Source of the DNA: Candidatus Krumholzibacteriia bacterium
GTDB taxonomy: Bacteria; Krumholzibacteriota; Krumholzibacteriia; JAJRXK01
Direction of reading: 5' to 3'
Assembly (NCBI GenBank): GCA_041484665.1
Contig: JBGPIA010000014.1
Span: 59,309 to 123,308, forward strand
Length of the DNA: 64,000 bases
Shown: piece by piece, positions 38,301 through 48,834 of the stretch
Layout: each line of letters opens with the position of its first letter
Position numbering within the stretch: the stretch's first letter is position 1
Notes under the pieces: generated by a model
Database searches by the model: none
What the model saw: only the letters and a program-made list of their open reading frames with translations
Told to the model about the DNA's origin: nothing
Program-made: the position numbers and the translations under genes

Positions 38301-38537
38301 CCCCGGGGCGAGATCGATCGTCACTTCGAAAACGCCGTCCGCGTCGGCATCGGCCATGGCCTGGGCCGTGGCGTTCCAGGAGTTGAACTCCCCAGCGACG
38401 TAGACGGCTTTGGCAGGGACCGAGGGTTGGAAGCGAAACGTGACCTTGGCGGCCTGGGCCTCACGGGGGGGCCCCGCCAGCAGCGTCAGGAAAAGCAGGC
38501 CGGGAAGCCACGGAACGGCGAGAGAGCGAGCCTTCAA
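35364..38537 (-). CDS. Exported GH13 neopullulanase/cyclomaltodextrinase-like enzyme with three N-terminal CBM48 domains
   Basis: TTG start with GAGGAGG SD; signal ending AQA; three AG(E/T)FN.W..YKY/F repeats; YQIFPDRF, DMALNH, GFRLDVPNEV, GEIW, DSHD, DPDCRRTMPW. Confidence 0.92.
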   Translation of the reverse strand: MKARSLAVPWLPGLLFLTLLAGPPREAQAAKVTFRFQPSVPAKAVYVAGEFNSWNATAQAMADADADGVFEVTIDLAPGRYQYKYVIEGTTWQEDPYSTESVPDPYGGKNSVLVVPEGAATLSVGLSGAAKPLAATPAAVPPVAQPAVPVPSAAASASHRNVYFAMQAKGATAVFLAGEFNSWSATAQAMSDADGNGVFDVTIPLAPGHYQYKYVIDGTWKEDPRSAAYVADPYGGKNSIVEVSAGEGVQEAATSAGAQPAVGRAGAAATAGASGTTGAKPAAPAVAKPASSAALTGQRTVTFRYQPPISGVREIFLAGTFNDWNVGATPMRDQDGDGVWEAMLLLAPGDYEYKFVADGTWITDEKADAFVDDPYGGKNSVIHVDDRFKAIDVKVGDGKILVDNLGVTLGYSTVDEVEDGLLVFQARAYRDDVQKVVLHWMEEGKQPQEAVMMPGAKDAVFASWTAQAKLADARSPVRFTFSYHDKGTQRWATAGGGFAEQKPDPQQWIAYSEQLLPPFRIPQWAQTGIYYQIFPDRFGNGDPSNDQDFKQSYYKGRNELPAGGKTNAEYFHVVKDWDDVSGLAHSPYRTDGKPDYYSFYGGDVRGVIDHIPYLASLGITIIYFNPVNDARSNHRYDACDYLKLDPHLGTDAEFAEMTRRCAEAGIRVIVDMALNHTGDCHFAFQDAIAKWKDSPYYDWYEWQKRPPSWPLPSDAKASDYYDCWWGFGLHPNLNYDLSRPNAQENGIVDIAQAKVNSAVVDYVLQIPEYWMGKLGCSGFRLDVPNEVPFWFWGLFRERCRQIKPDHVLIGEIWGDAGAWINPHVFDAVMNYRYFKDPVVKWIGQRQGNAATFDQELAPGRTRYPIQAVRAQMNLVDSHDTVRLLNVAGGDVRRLMLAATFAMTYLGAPHIYYGDELGLAGDKDPDCRRTMPWSQIDVPARKQVLEHYRRVTALRRAHPELSLGAFQTVLASGDVFAYLREHQGRRLLVVLNNGESATTTILPVGNAGIADGATATPVLGVASEITPVGGTLTVGRGVLKIVAPPVSGIVLEIRSERS

Positions 38538-38690
38538 GGGGGGCCTCCTCGAGGAAGGGCGGGCGCCCGGAGCGCGGCAAGTGTAGGGCCTGGAGGGGTC
38601 GCCACGCCAGGACGGACGATGGGGCGCGCGCGGTCCGGCCAGCGAGGCAACGCGCGGCGATCGAGGACGGCCCGGGCGGCACGCACGGCG

Positions 38691-38737
38691 GGCGGCGCTT
38701 CGGGCCGGGCGGCGCTTCGGGCCGGGCGGCACTCGGA
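38691..38737. repeat. 17-bp tandem repeat, about 2.5 units, intergenic
   Basis: gggcggcgcttcgggcc x2 plus a partial copy. Confidence 0.6.
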
Positions 38738-38748
38738 GTGGGCGGCGC

Positions 38749-41019
38749 TCAGGGCGTCGCGCGCCAGCCCATGGGAGAGGCGAGATCCTCGTGCATGGCA
38801 CGGATCATCTCGGCCAGGCTCCACGCCTGGAACGTCGCGCCGCCGAACTCCTCGGTGAGGCCTGTGTCGCCACCGTCACGGATCTCCTGGATCGCGCCGA
38901 CCGCCCCGTGGTCGAGCACCTCGGCCACCAGCGGATCGAGCAGCGTGCGCGCGTCGGCGCTGCGGCCAACGCGGCAGAGCGCAGTGATCATGGGACCGCT
39001 CAGCCAGTACCACACATCGCCGTTGTGGTAGGCCGCGTCGAAGAAATAATGCTCCCAGTCGAGATGTCGCGGATGGAACAGCGGGTCGGACGGGTCGAGA
39101 CTGGTGAGGCCGTAGGGCAGTACCAGCCGCCGCCACGCCAGATCGATCACGGCACGCACCTGGTCCTCTTCCAGGAGCGCCGGCCAGCGTGGCTCCACCG
39201 CGGTGACCGCCAGGATGGCGTTGGGCCGCACCTGCGCGTCGCGGCTCCCGTCGGCGTTGAGGTGATCCGCCAGTCGTTGCGCCTGCGGATCCCAGAAGTG
39301 CGCGCGGAAGGCCTCGCGCGTGCGTGTCGCGAGCGCGCCAAACCGCCGCTGCGCGGCCGCGTCACCCTGCTCGCCTGCCAGCCACTCCCCCACGCGCAGA
39401 GCATTGTAATAGAGCGCTTGCACCTCGACCGCACGGTTGCCGCGAGGGCTGTACGGATGGCTCTCGCCTCCAGCATCCATCCACGTTTCGCCGTCACCGT
39501 GGGTGAGCAGCCCGAGGGAGTCGACTGCCATGCGCTCGGCGCCATCGACCATCAGGCGCAGCGCCGCGGCAAGGTCGCGCTCGTAGTCACCGTCGGCCGT
39601 ACCGCGGGCCCGGCGCGCCATGACGTAGCGGTAGGCAGCGCGCACGTACCACCATGTGCCGTCCACCCCGGCGTACTGCAGCTCATTGGGTTGCACGATG
39701 TTGGGCAGGCGCCCCAGACGCGGGCTCGCCCGGTCCACGTTCTGGTAGAGCAGAAAGCTGCGCAGAATAGCGCGCGCTGCATCGAGCTGTCCGGTGTCGA
39801 GCGCCGCGCCCGGCAGGCTGATGAACGTGTCACGCCCCCAATAGTTGGGAAACCAGTGGAAGCCGGCGTAGATCCCAGGCCCGCGCGTTTGCATCAGCAA
39901 TTCGTCCAGGCTGGCGCGGGCCCAGTGGTAGGCCTTGTCCAGCCGCGCATTGCCGGTGGACAGGTTGGCTGAAGTGAAAAGGCCGTTGACGTATGCGCGC
40001 CGCGCGACGAGCAGCGCGTCGTGTTGCGGCAGCAGGCGCCTGGCGCGCGCCGCAGCCTCCTCGGCCGTGCTCCCTTGCGCGAACACTACGTCCACATGGG
40101 TCGCGCGCGCCGGCCACGCCCCCGCGAAGCGCCCTGGTTCCCAAGGGTGGGTCTGGTCCATGGCGCGCCGCGCTGCGTCGCGCGGATGGGTGACGCTCAG
40201 CAGCCGTGGCTGGGCCGCGAACGCTGCGGGAGCCGAGATCTGCACGGCCAGCCATGCCAGCCCGCCGGCGCCCGGCGCCCAGCCGCTGCGCCGAAAACAC
40301 AGGATACCGTCGACCTGCGTCTGCTCGTAGCCCGGCTGCGGAACCTCCCAGATCCAGCGCATGTCCAGGCGGGGGATGAGAGCAAACCGGCGCGTCGCGG
40401 CCGGTGCCTCCAGACGCACGAGGAGCGCGGGCTCCTCCAGCGGCAGCAGCACTTCCTCAAACAGCCCGCCGGCGTACTCGCGCCGCAGCAGCCATGGCCA
40501 CACCCGGGCGCGCAACGCGTGCGCCGGGTCGAGCGCGGCTCCGTCTGTCTCGAGCACGTAGTCGTCGAGGCACTCGTGCATCGAGGTGTAGAGCCCGGCG
40601 TAGCTGCGCATCTCGCGCGCGGCGGAATCGGCGGCGAAGTGGGTGGCCCGCTTGTTGGTGAAGATCACCTCGCGGCTGGGTGAGGTGACCAGGATTTCCC
40701 AGTCGGCGTCGGAGAACGCGGTCAAAGCACCGGCCTGCGTTGCTCCGCTCGTTGTTGCCGCGGCTTGCGTTGCCGCGGCCTGACTTGGCGCGGCCTGCAT
40801 TGTCGCGGCCAGCGCTGCGCCGACCTGAGCTGCGCCCCCGTGGGGTGCGTCGGCCTGCACCACACACGCACGCGCCGCAGCGGCCGCGCCCGCGACGCAA
40901 CCGAACGGCGCGAACGACGCGAGAGACGCGAACAGGCCTACGGCGACCGCATGGGGTCCTGCGCGTCGATGTGCTATCCTTGAGACCAGGAACCAAGCGC
41001 CATCCAGGCTTGCGCGCAT
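38749..41019 (-). CDS. Amylo-alpha-1,6-glucosidase (glycogen debranching enzyme, GDE_C/GH133-like)
   Basis: AGFHWF..WGRDTFISLPG, GRLPN, TWMDA, PRG..AVEVQAL, RPN, YHNG.VW.WL, E..DG, QAWS. Confidence 0.9.
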   Translation of the reverse strand: MRASLDGAWFLVSRIAHRRAGPHAVAVGLFASLASFAPFGCVAGAAAAARACVVQADAPHGGAAQVGAALAATMQAAPSQAAATQAAATTSGATQAGALTAFSDADWEILVTSPSREVIFTNKRATHFAADSAAREMRSYAGLYTSMHECLDDYVLETDGAALDPAHALRARVWPWLLRREYAGGLFEEVLLPLEEPALLVRLEAPAATRRFALIPRLDMRWIWEVPQPGYEQTQVDGILCFRRSGWAPGAGGLAWLAVQISAPAAFAAQPRLLSVTHPRDAARRAMDQTHPWEPGRFAGAWPARATHVDVVFAQGSTAEEAAARARRLLPQHDALLVARRAYVNGLFTSANLSTGNARLDKAYHWARASLDELLMQTRGPGIYAGFHWFPNYWGRDTFISLPGAALDTGQLDAARAILRSFLLYQNVDRASPRLGRLPNIVQPNELQYAGVDGTWWYVRAAYRYVMARRARGTADGDYERDLAAALRLMVDGAERMAVDSLGLLTHGDGETWMDAGGESHPYSPRGNRAVEVQALYYNALRVGEWLAGEQGDAAAQRRFGALATRTREAFRAHFWDPQAQRLADHLNADGSRDAQVRPNAILAVTAVEPRWPALLEEDQVRAVIDLAWRRLVLPYGLTSLDPSDPLFHPRHLDWEHYFFDAAYHNGDVWYWLSGPMITALCRVGRSADARTLLDPLVAEVLDHGAVGAIQEIRDGGDTGLTEEFGGATFQAWSLAEMIRAMHEDLASPMGWRATP

Positions 41020-41077
41020 GCCGCCCTCCTCGGAGCGGGGCTCCACGCTAGGTCACTCTCTGCGGGAAAGCGAGCCC

Positions 41078-44000
41078 GTGCGAGTCTTTGTCCAACACCC
41101 AGCCCGCACGACGGCTGCCAGGCTCGAGTGCGCCGCTGCCGGCGCGCTGGCGCTGGCGACGACCGGCCTGATGCTCGCGCTCGCGGCACCCGCTGTGGCC
41201 CTGGCGTTGGGCTACGCTTCTCCCTCCGATTGGCGCGACCTGACCATCTACCAAGTGGTCACCGACCGATTCTACGACGGCAGCGCGTCCAACAACAACG
41301 CCCAGGGCAGCTACAGCCCCGCAGACGGCGGCGCCGTCCATGGCGGCGACTGGCAGGGTCTGCAGCAAAAACTCGACTACATCGCCGGGCTGGGGGTGGG
41401 CGCCGTCTGGATCAGCCCGGTCGTGCTCAACGCCTACGGCGAGTACCACGGCTACGCCGCGCGCGACCTCGCCTCGTACTCGCCGACCATGGGCGGGCTG
41501 CCCGCGCTGCAGAGCTTCATCCAGGCCGCCCACGCGCGCGGGCTGTACGTGATCATCGACATGGTTGCCAATCACATGGGCGATCTCATCGACAGCGGCG
41601 GCTCGGGGTACCCGCAGTACGATCCGTCGGGCTCGTACGTGCTGCGCTGGCGCAACGCGGGGCTGCGCCATGCCGCGCCGTTCAACAACCTGAGCCTCTT
41701 CCATACATATGGGCAGATCGGCAACTTCTCCGACCCCGAACAGATCCTCGGTGAGCTGTTCGGCCTTGACGACCTCAAGACCGAGACCGTGACCGTCCGT
41801 GACGCACTGGCCAGCGCCTACGGCCAGATGATCCAGCTCACCGACTGCGACGGATTCCGCATCGACACGGTCAAACACGCCGAGCTGGGGTTCTGGCAGG
41901 ACTTCTGCCCGCGCATCCGCGCCGCCGCGACGACGGCCGGCAAGATCAATTTCCTGCTGCTGGGCGAGGTGTTCGACGGCGATCCGGCCAAGGTGGGCAG
42001 CTACACCGGGACGAAGGCCGGCGGTCCCTACTTGCTGAACAGCGCGACGTGGTTCCCCATGGCTTTCGCGGCGCGGTGGGTCTTCTCCGGCAACGGCCAG
42101 CCGTCCGATCTGATCTCGGTGTACGCGGACAGCAACTTCTACGATCCCACCGTGCGCGCCCGCCTGGGCAACTTCTTCGACAACCACGACCTGGGGCGGC
42201 TCGCGTCGTTCGGGCTGGCCAATCAGGACGACGCCCTGCTGCGCATTGCGCTCACCTGGCTGCTCAGCTCACCCGGCATCCCCATTGTCTATTATGGAAC
42301 CGAGCAGGAGTACGACGGTGGTGGCGATCCCTACAACCGCGAGGACCTCTTCGACGGCCAGTGGGACTTCGGCCCCAGCGCCGGCGACGGGTTCCACATG
42401 GCCGCGCCGCTGTACGCCCACGTCCGCGCGCTCAACGACCTGCGAGCGCAACTGCCGGCCCTGCGGCGCGGCGGCATGACGATCTTGCAGGCCGATGCCG
42501 GCCACCCCGGCGTGCTCGCCTACCTGCGCATCCATGCCAGCGGGAACGTGCTAGTGGCGCTCAACACCGCGACGCAGGGCGCGCAGACGACCTTGCCGTC
42601 GACCGGATGGAGCGCTGGCGTCGTGCTGCACGATCTGCTTGCGCCCGGGCGGCAGGTCGTGGTGGGCGCGGGCGGCCAGGTCAGCCTGCAGGTGCCCGGG
42701 CGCTCGGCGCTGCTGCTCGCGGCCGCTGCAGCGTCTCCAGGACTGGCGGTGGTGTCGACCTGGCCCGCTCACGACGGAGCGCTGCGCCTGAGCAGTCGCC
42801 CGGCGCGCATCGTGTTCGATCGCCCGATGCCCGCTTCGGCGAGCGCCTCGGTGGCGTTCGACCCGCCGCTGGCCGCGACGATCGGCTGGCACGACAGCCG
42901 CACGCTGCTCATCCAGCCGACCAGTGGCTGGAGCGGCGCCACAATCTACACACTGCGCGTGGCGGCGGGCGCGGCGGCGCAGGACGGCGCAACGTTGCCG
43001 GCGACGTTCTCATTTCGATTCCACACCGATTTCTCGAGTGTCGGCGTGACGCTACCGGCCGGATTCGAGGCGGAGGAGCGCCTGCCGTTCGGGCTCAAAC
43101 AGCCACTCGCGCTGGAGATCGCACCGCCAGGGTGGGTGTCCGTCGCCCCGCCCTCGGACGTCCCGCTGGTCAGCGACGTGAGGCGGGGTCGTATCCTGCG
43201 CCTGGATCCCGGGCAGAAGGTGGCGACGTTCGCCGTCGAGCCGACCGGCGTCATCACCGGAATGGCGTTGGATGTCGTATCGCAGAAGCTGCTTGTGGCG
43301 ACATCGTCCGCGCTCTACGAGGTGGACCGTTTCGGCGTGGTCGCGGCGCGCGCGGCGGCGCCCGCTGCCTGGGAGGCGCCGTGGCCTGGAACCGGCGCGC
43401 ACGCCGGCCGCATCTATCTGGCCAGCCCGACGGGCGATGTGATCTACAGTGTACAGGGTGCGGCCGTGAGCAACTTCAACGCGGGCCTGACCGACCCCCG
43501 CGGCCTGGCCCAACCGCCGGCGGGCAGCGGGCATCCCGATCTGTTGTACGTGTGCGATCCGGCGATCAGCGGGGTGGGCAGCGGGCGCTTGTACCGGATC
43601 GATGCCGCCGGTGCGCGTACGGTCTGGGTGAGCGACTCCGCGGTGACCGGCGTGATGGCCATCGCGTTTGCGCCCCCGGGGCCGTTCGGCCTGGGCAATG
43701 TGTATGCGCTCGATGCTCTGGGGGAGCGCGTCCTGCGCGTCGATGCCACCGGCCAGGTGAGCGTCTTCGCCACGGGCTTCAACAACCTCTACGGGTCCGA
43801 CGCCCTCGCCTTCGGCAATGACGGTGACCTGTACGTGGCCGATCCCGGTGGCAGCGAGTCGTACACCAATACCACGGGCACCACCGCCCCGCCGCGCCTG
43901 GTGCGCATCGTGGCACAGACCTTCACGGCGGCTCCTCCGCAGCGCCGGACGGCCGTCGACTTTCCCCCACCACGCCCCAATCCATTCAACCCGCGCACCG

Positions 44001-44227
44001 AGCTGAGCTTCACCCTGGCGCAGGAAGCGTTCGTCCGCTTGGAGATCTTCGACGCGGCGGGGCGCCGCGTGGCCTTGCTGGCCGATGGGCGCAGCGCGGC
44101 CGGCGAGCACCAGTTCCTATGGGAGGGCAACGACCTGAGCGGACGGCCGGTGGCCAGCGGCGTGTACCACGCCCGGCTCACCGCGGACGGCCGGGTGCTC
44201 GGGCACAAATTGGTGCTGGTGCGGTGA
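41078..44227 (+). CDS. Secreted GH13 alpha-amylase with Ig-like domain, beta-propeller and FlgD-Ig/T9SS-like CTD; start uncertain
   Basis: IYQVVTDRF, HGGDWQG, YHGY, DMVANH, GFRIDTVKH, GEVF, FFDNHD, GIPIVYYGTEQ; NHL-like repeats; PNPFNP..HKLVLVR. Confidence 0.9.
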   Translation: MRVFVQHPARTTAARLECAAAGALALATTGLMLALAAPAVALALGYASPSDWRDLTIYQVVTDRFYDGSASNNNAQGSYSPADGGAVHGGDWQGLQQKLDYIAGLGVGAVWISPVVLNAYGEYHGYAARDLASYSPTMGGLPALQSFIQAAHARGLYVIIDMVANHMGDLIDSGGSGYPQYDPSGSYVLRWRNAGLRHAAPFNNLSLFHTYGQIGNFSDPEQILGELFGLDDLKTETVTVRDALASAYGQMIQLTDCDGFRIDTVKHAELGFWQDFCPRIRAAATTAGKINFLLLGEVFDGDPAKVGSYTGTKAGGPYLLNSATWFPMAFAARWVFSGNGQPSDLISVYADSNFYDPTVRARLGNFFDNHDLGRLASFGLANQDDALLRIALTWLLSSPGIPIVYYGTEQEYDGGGDPYNREDLFDGQWDFGPSAGDGFHMAAPLYAHVRALNDLRAQLPALRRGGMTILQADAGHPGVLAYLRIHASGNVLVALNTATQGAQTTLPSTGWSAGVVLHDLLAPGRQVVVGAGGQVSLQVPGRSALLLAAAAASPGLAVVSTWPAHDGALRLSSRPARIVFDRPMPASASASVAFDPPLAATIGWHDSRTLLIQPTSGWSGATIYTLRVAAGAAAQDGATLPATFSFRFHTDFSSVGVTLPAGFEAEERLPFGLKQPLALEIAPPGWVSVAPPSDVPLVSDVRRGRILRLDPGQKVATFAVEPTGVITGMALDVVSQKLLVATSSALYEVDRFGVVAARAAAPAAWEAPWPGTGAHAGRIYLASPTGDVIYSVQGAAVSNFNAGLTDPRGLAQPPAGSGHPDLLYVCDPAISGVGSGRLYRIDAAGARTVWVSDSAVTGVMAIAFAPPGPFGLGNVYALDALGERVLRVDATGQVSVFATGFNNLYGSDALAFGNDGDLYVADPGGSESYTNTTGTTAPPRLVRIVAQTFTAAPPQRRTAVDFPPPRPNPFNPRTELSFTLAQEAFVRLEIFDAAGRRVALLADGRSAAGEHQFLWEGNDLSGRPVASGVYHARLTADGRVLGHKLVLVR

Positions 44228-44436
44228 TGGCGGTGCCGCAGCTGCAATCCTGGACGCAAGCGCGGCGCCGCGCGGCAGCGTGGTGCCCGACGACGACGCG
44301 GCGCCCGACGGCGACGCGGCCTTGGACGACGACGCAAAGCCGCGGAACGCCTCAGCCGCAGCCGCCGCAAGGCGGCGAGCCTCGCTCACCAGCGAGTGTC
44401 GTTGACCCCCCGCCGCGCGCTTCCTAGACTCGGGGC

Positions 44437-45684
<1,248 letters not shown>

Positions 45685-45901
45685 CGCCCGCCTGGCCGCA
45701 GACGTAGCGGTCAGGGCGCCCGCACGGTTGTCTGGGTGTGGGCGAACGTCCCGGAGCTGCGCTGCCCGCCGCGCGGCGGCGAAGCGTTGGGCGAGCGAGC
45801 GCAAAGCGGAATCCGTGGGCGCAGGGTGGCACCAGACAGCCCAGGGATCTGCCGTCCAGTGATCGGTCAACTGACCGGAGCAGGTGAGAGGTCGGCTCAC
45901 C

Positions 45902-46762
45902 TCATCGCAGCAGCACCATCTTGCGGCTCGACACGAAGCCGCCGGCCTGTAGCTCGTAATAGTAGACGCCGCTGGCCGCCGCCCGGCCTTGGTCGTCCTT
46001 GCCGTCCCACAGAGCGCTGTAATCACCGGCGTCCCGCACGTCTCGCAGCAGCTCGCGCACGGCGCGCCCTGCGGCATCGTAGATGCGCAGTCCGACGGAC
46101 CCCGCGCTCTGTACCTGGAAGTCGATCCGCGTCTGCGGATTGAAGGGATTGGGAACGTTCGGCGCCAGCCCCGCCGGCGGCGGGGTGGGCACCCGCTCGA
46201 CGACAGAGGTGGGAACTGTGTTGCCGTCGCCGAAGATCTCGACGCGCGACTGCCCCGAGGCAATCGAGGTGATCAGCAACTCGTCCAGACCGTCGGCATC
46301 GATGTCGAACACGGCTTTGACCGTGCCCTGCCGATTGAAGATCGGCGTGCCGCTGGGCCACTCCACCGCGATCACGTAGTTGCCCGGGTTCTGATTCACG
46401 GTGAACAACGCCTCCTTCCCGTTGTGGCCGTCGATGTCGAAGAACCCCAACAGCGACCACACGCCTCCGGAGGTGTTGTACTCCCAGATCTTGGAGTGGT
46501 CCCGGGCGCGGTAGAAGAAGAAGGTCACGATCGCCTGGGGTCCATTGGTGACCATGATGTCGGGGATTCCGTCCCCGTCCATGTCCATACGGCCGGCGTC
46601 GAACGTGAAGTAGGACTCGGCCGGCGCCCAGGTGTAATTGGCGGGGCTCTGGTACTCCATGACATACGTCGCCGCAGCCTGACGTTCCGGCAGGCTCGTG
46701 ATGGCCAGCGGCAGCAGGGCGAGTGACAGCAGTGCCCGTGGGGAGGTCCTTGTGCGATGCAT
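45902..46762 (-). CDS. Small secreted protein with FG-GAP-like Dx(D/N)xDG motifs and FlgD-Ig/T9SS-like CTD
   Basis: Signal peptide; DMDGDGIPD, DIDGHNGKE, DIDADGLDE; PNPFNP..RKMVLLR. Confidence 0.82.
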   Translation of the reverse strand: MHRTRTSPRALLSLALLPLAITSLPERQAAATYVMEYQSPANYTWAPAESYFTFDAGRMDMDGDGIPDIMVTNGPQAIVTFFFYRARDHSKIWEYNTSGGVWSLLGFFDIDGHNGKEALFTVNQNPGNYVIAVEWPSGTPIFNRQGTVKAVFDIDADGLDELLITSIASGQSRVEIFGDGNTVPTSVVERVPTPPPAGLAPNVPNPFNPQTRIDFQVQSAGSVGLRIYDAAGRAVRELLRDVRDAGDYSALWDGKDDQGRAAASGVYYYELQAGGFVSSRKMVLLR

Positions 46763-47078
46763 GGTGATCCCTCGGGGAGAAGGGGCGCGGGCTGGCCCGT
46801 CGGGGCCGAGGAGAACGACTCTCTCGAGCACGGGCCGTCCCCTGGATGGTCGCACAGGCGTGGCGGATGTTCCACCCCCCTGGATGGTCTGCGGGCCCGC
46901 CGTTGGTACCGGTGCGACTGCGTATCTGCGCGACCTGCTGGCGGCGCGGCAGTGTGCCGGCGCAGCAGTGTGCCGGTGCGCCATTGTGCCGGTGCGACTC
47001 CGTCGCGGTGCGACCCGAAGTGGCGGCCAGAAATGGCGGAGGGACCGGCCGTGTCGGGTTGGCGGAGCATCGCGCGCG

Positions 47079-47160
47079 GACCGGCCGGGTTGGTGCGACC
47101 GGCCGGGTTGGTGCGACCGGCCGTGCTGGTGCGACCGGTCGTGCCGGTCGCACCAACACC
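47079..47160. repeat. 18-bp tandem repeat with a terminal inverted copy, intergenic
   Basis: gaccggccgggttggtgc x3-4 followed by ccggtcgcaccaac (reverse complement). Confidence 0.7.
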
Positions 47161-47310
47161 TTGATCATTCGGTCGAGTCAGCCGGGCAGCTGCCGCCTCG
47201 CCCGCGCAGCGACGGCGCGGCCACCTGGCCAGCGCCAGCGCCGCGGGCCCGCCGTGCGGGCGGCGGTGACGGCCGCGGCCATGGCTTTGGAAGCTCGGCC
47301 GGGGGCAGCG

Positions 47311-48447
47311 TCAGTAGCAGGGATCGGTGCCGGTGTCCACGTGGACGCCGCCGAACACCTGGTTGTTCACGCCGCAGTCCTTGATCCTGACCGTGCGGTA
47401 GATCCCCGCGATCACCGTGTTGTCGTGGGAGAGCGGGGTCAAGAATCCAAACCGAAAGGTGTCGCCGGCCAGATCGATATCGTAGGTGCCGTTGTTCGAG
47501 GCGGCGTTGTTGAAGACCAGGTTGTGGTTGGCGCCATCGATGGCAAGGTAACCGGCGTCCGCGTTCCCCGTGGCCCTGTTGTCGGCGACGATCCAGCGCG
47601 CAGCTGAAAGCTCGCTGCCCACCATTTGCCCGTCCGGCAAGATGCTGGCCAGCGGGACTTTGCACAGGATCAAGCCGATGAAATTGCCGTGTAGGTTGTT
47701 GTTCGAAGCCTGTCCGTTCTCGTCACACGCCCACAGGCCAAAGGAGCTGTTGGTCACGTCGTTGCCCCGCACGAAAACCTGCTTGCCGTTCATGCACACG
47801 ATTCCATCGCCTCCACCGCTGTTGATGGTGTTGCCCCAGATGCGGGCCTGGTTTGCGTGTTGCAACCCAATCACGGTCTGGTGATCGAACAGCGAGTTGC
47901 GCCCGATCAGGGCGCGTGCGGAGTCCTGGACGAAGATGGCCGTGTTTCCGAACGGGCCCAGCGGCCGGATCTCCAGCCCCCAGATCGTCACGTCGTCGGC
48001 TCGCAGCACGTAGAGAGCCGGAGCCACGAGCACAATGTTGGGGTCTGGCTCGGAGCCGATCTTCAGGACCGCCCCGTTCTCACCGAGGATGGAGACGGGC
48101 TGCGTGATGGTCACCCTGCCCGATTCGGTGTGCATCCCCGAACGCACGATCACGACGCCCTGGGCCCCGGCCGCCGCGATCGCGGCGGCCAGCCCGTCCA
48201 CCGAGCCGGCGGGCAGTTTGACGACTGCGGCGGGGCCCGACAGCCGGCTGATGCCGCCGTCGGGCTGCGAGGCCAGCTGCTCGAGATCGCGCATTTGGTC
48301 AACCGGGGGCGGGGTCGTCTCGACGCTGGGCTGGCCCGGCGCGACGGGCGAGTCGTGCGAGCAGCCCACCAGCAATCCCAGGCAGGCTGCGGCGGAGAGC
48401 AAGGCTATGAGAAGCAGGGACCTGTACGGGGCAATGCGAAGACGCAT
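47311..48447 (-). CDS. Lipoprotein with right-handed parallel beta-helix repeats
   Basis: GGAGGT SD; lipobox LLVGC; Asn/Gly-rich PbH1-like repeats (GNTI, GNDV, NNNLHGN, DNRATGN). Confidence 0.82.
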   Translation of the reverse strand: MRLRIAPYRSLLLIALLSAAACLGLLVGCSHDSPVAPGQPSVETTPPPVDQMRDLEQLASQPDGGISRLSGPAAVVKLPAGSVDGLAAAIAAAGAQGVVIVRSGMHTESGRVTITQPVSILGENGAVLKIGSEPDPNIVLVAPALYVLRADDVTIWGLEIRPLGPFGNTAIFVQDSARALIGRNSLFDHQTVIGLQHANQARIWGNTINSGGGDGIVCMNGKQVFVRGNDVTNSSFGLWACDENGQASNNNLHGNFIGLILCKVPLASILPDGQMVGSELSAARWIVADNRATGNADAGYLAIDGANHNLVFNNAASNNGTYDIDLAGDTFRFGFLTPLSHDNTVIAGIYRTVRIKDCGVNNQVFGGVHVDTGTDPCY

Positions 48448-48834
48448 AGCGAGATACCTCCACGTGGATGGATCTGGCCTGGGGAGCCTGGGACCGGGCG
48501 CAAGTGGGTGTAGGGCAGAACGAGTCGTGGTGGAGGCAGCTACGAGGCTGCCTCCACCCTGTCCGGGGAGGCGGCTCCAGCCTCCCTACTCCTGAGAACA
48601 CCGCAGGGCACCCGACCGAACAACGCTTTCGCCGAACCCCCCTCCAGCCCCGGTTTTCGACTATGCTCGGATCCCTCGCGGTTTCGGTCTGCTGCGCCGA
48701 GGGCCAGAGCTCGGAGAATCTGGCGGAATCCGCTCCGCCCCACGCTCTTGGTTCCCGGAAGTTCCGCCCGGTGCTCCGTTCGAGACACACGCACCCGCGC
48801 GGCGCACCACCGACTGAGCCTCACGGAGGTCCCC

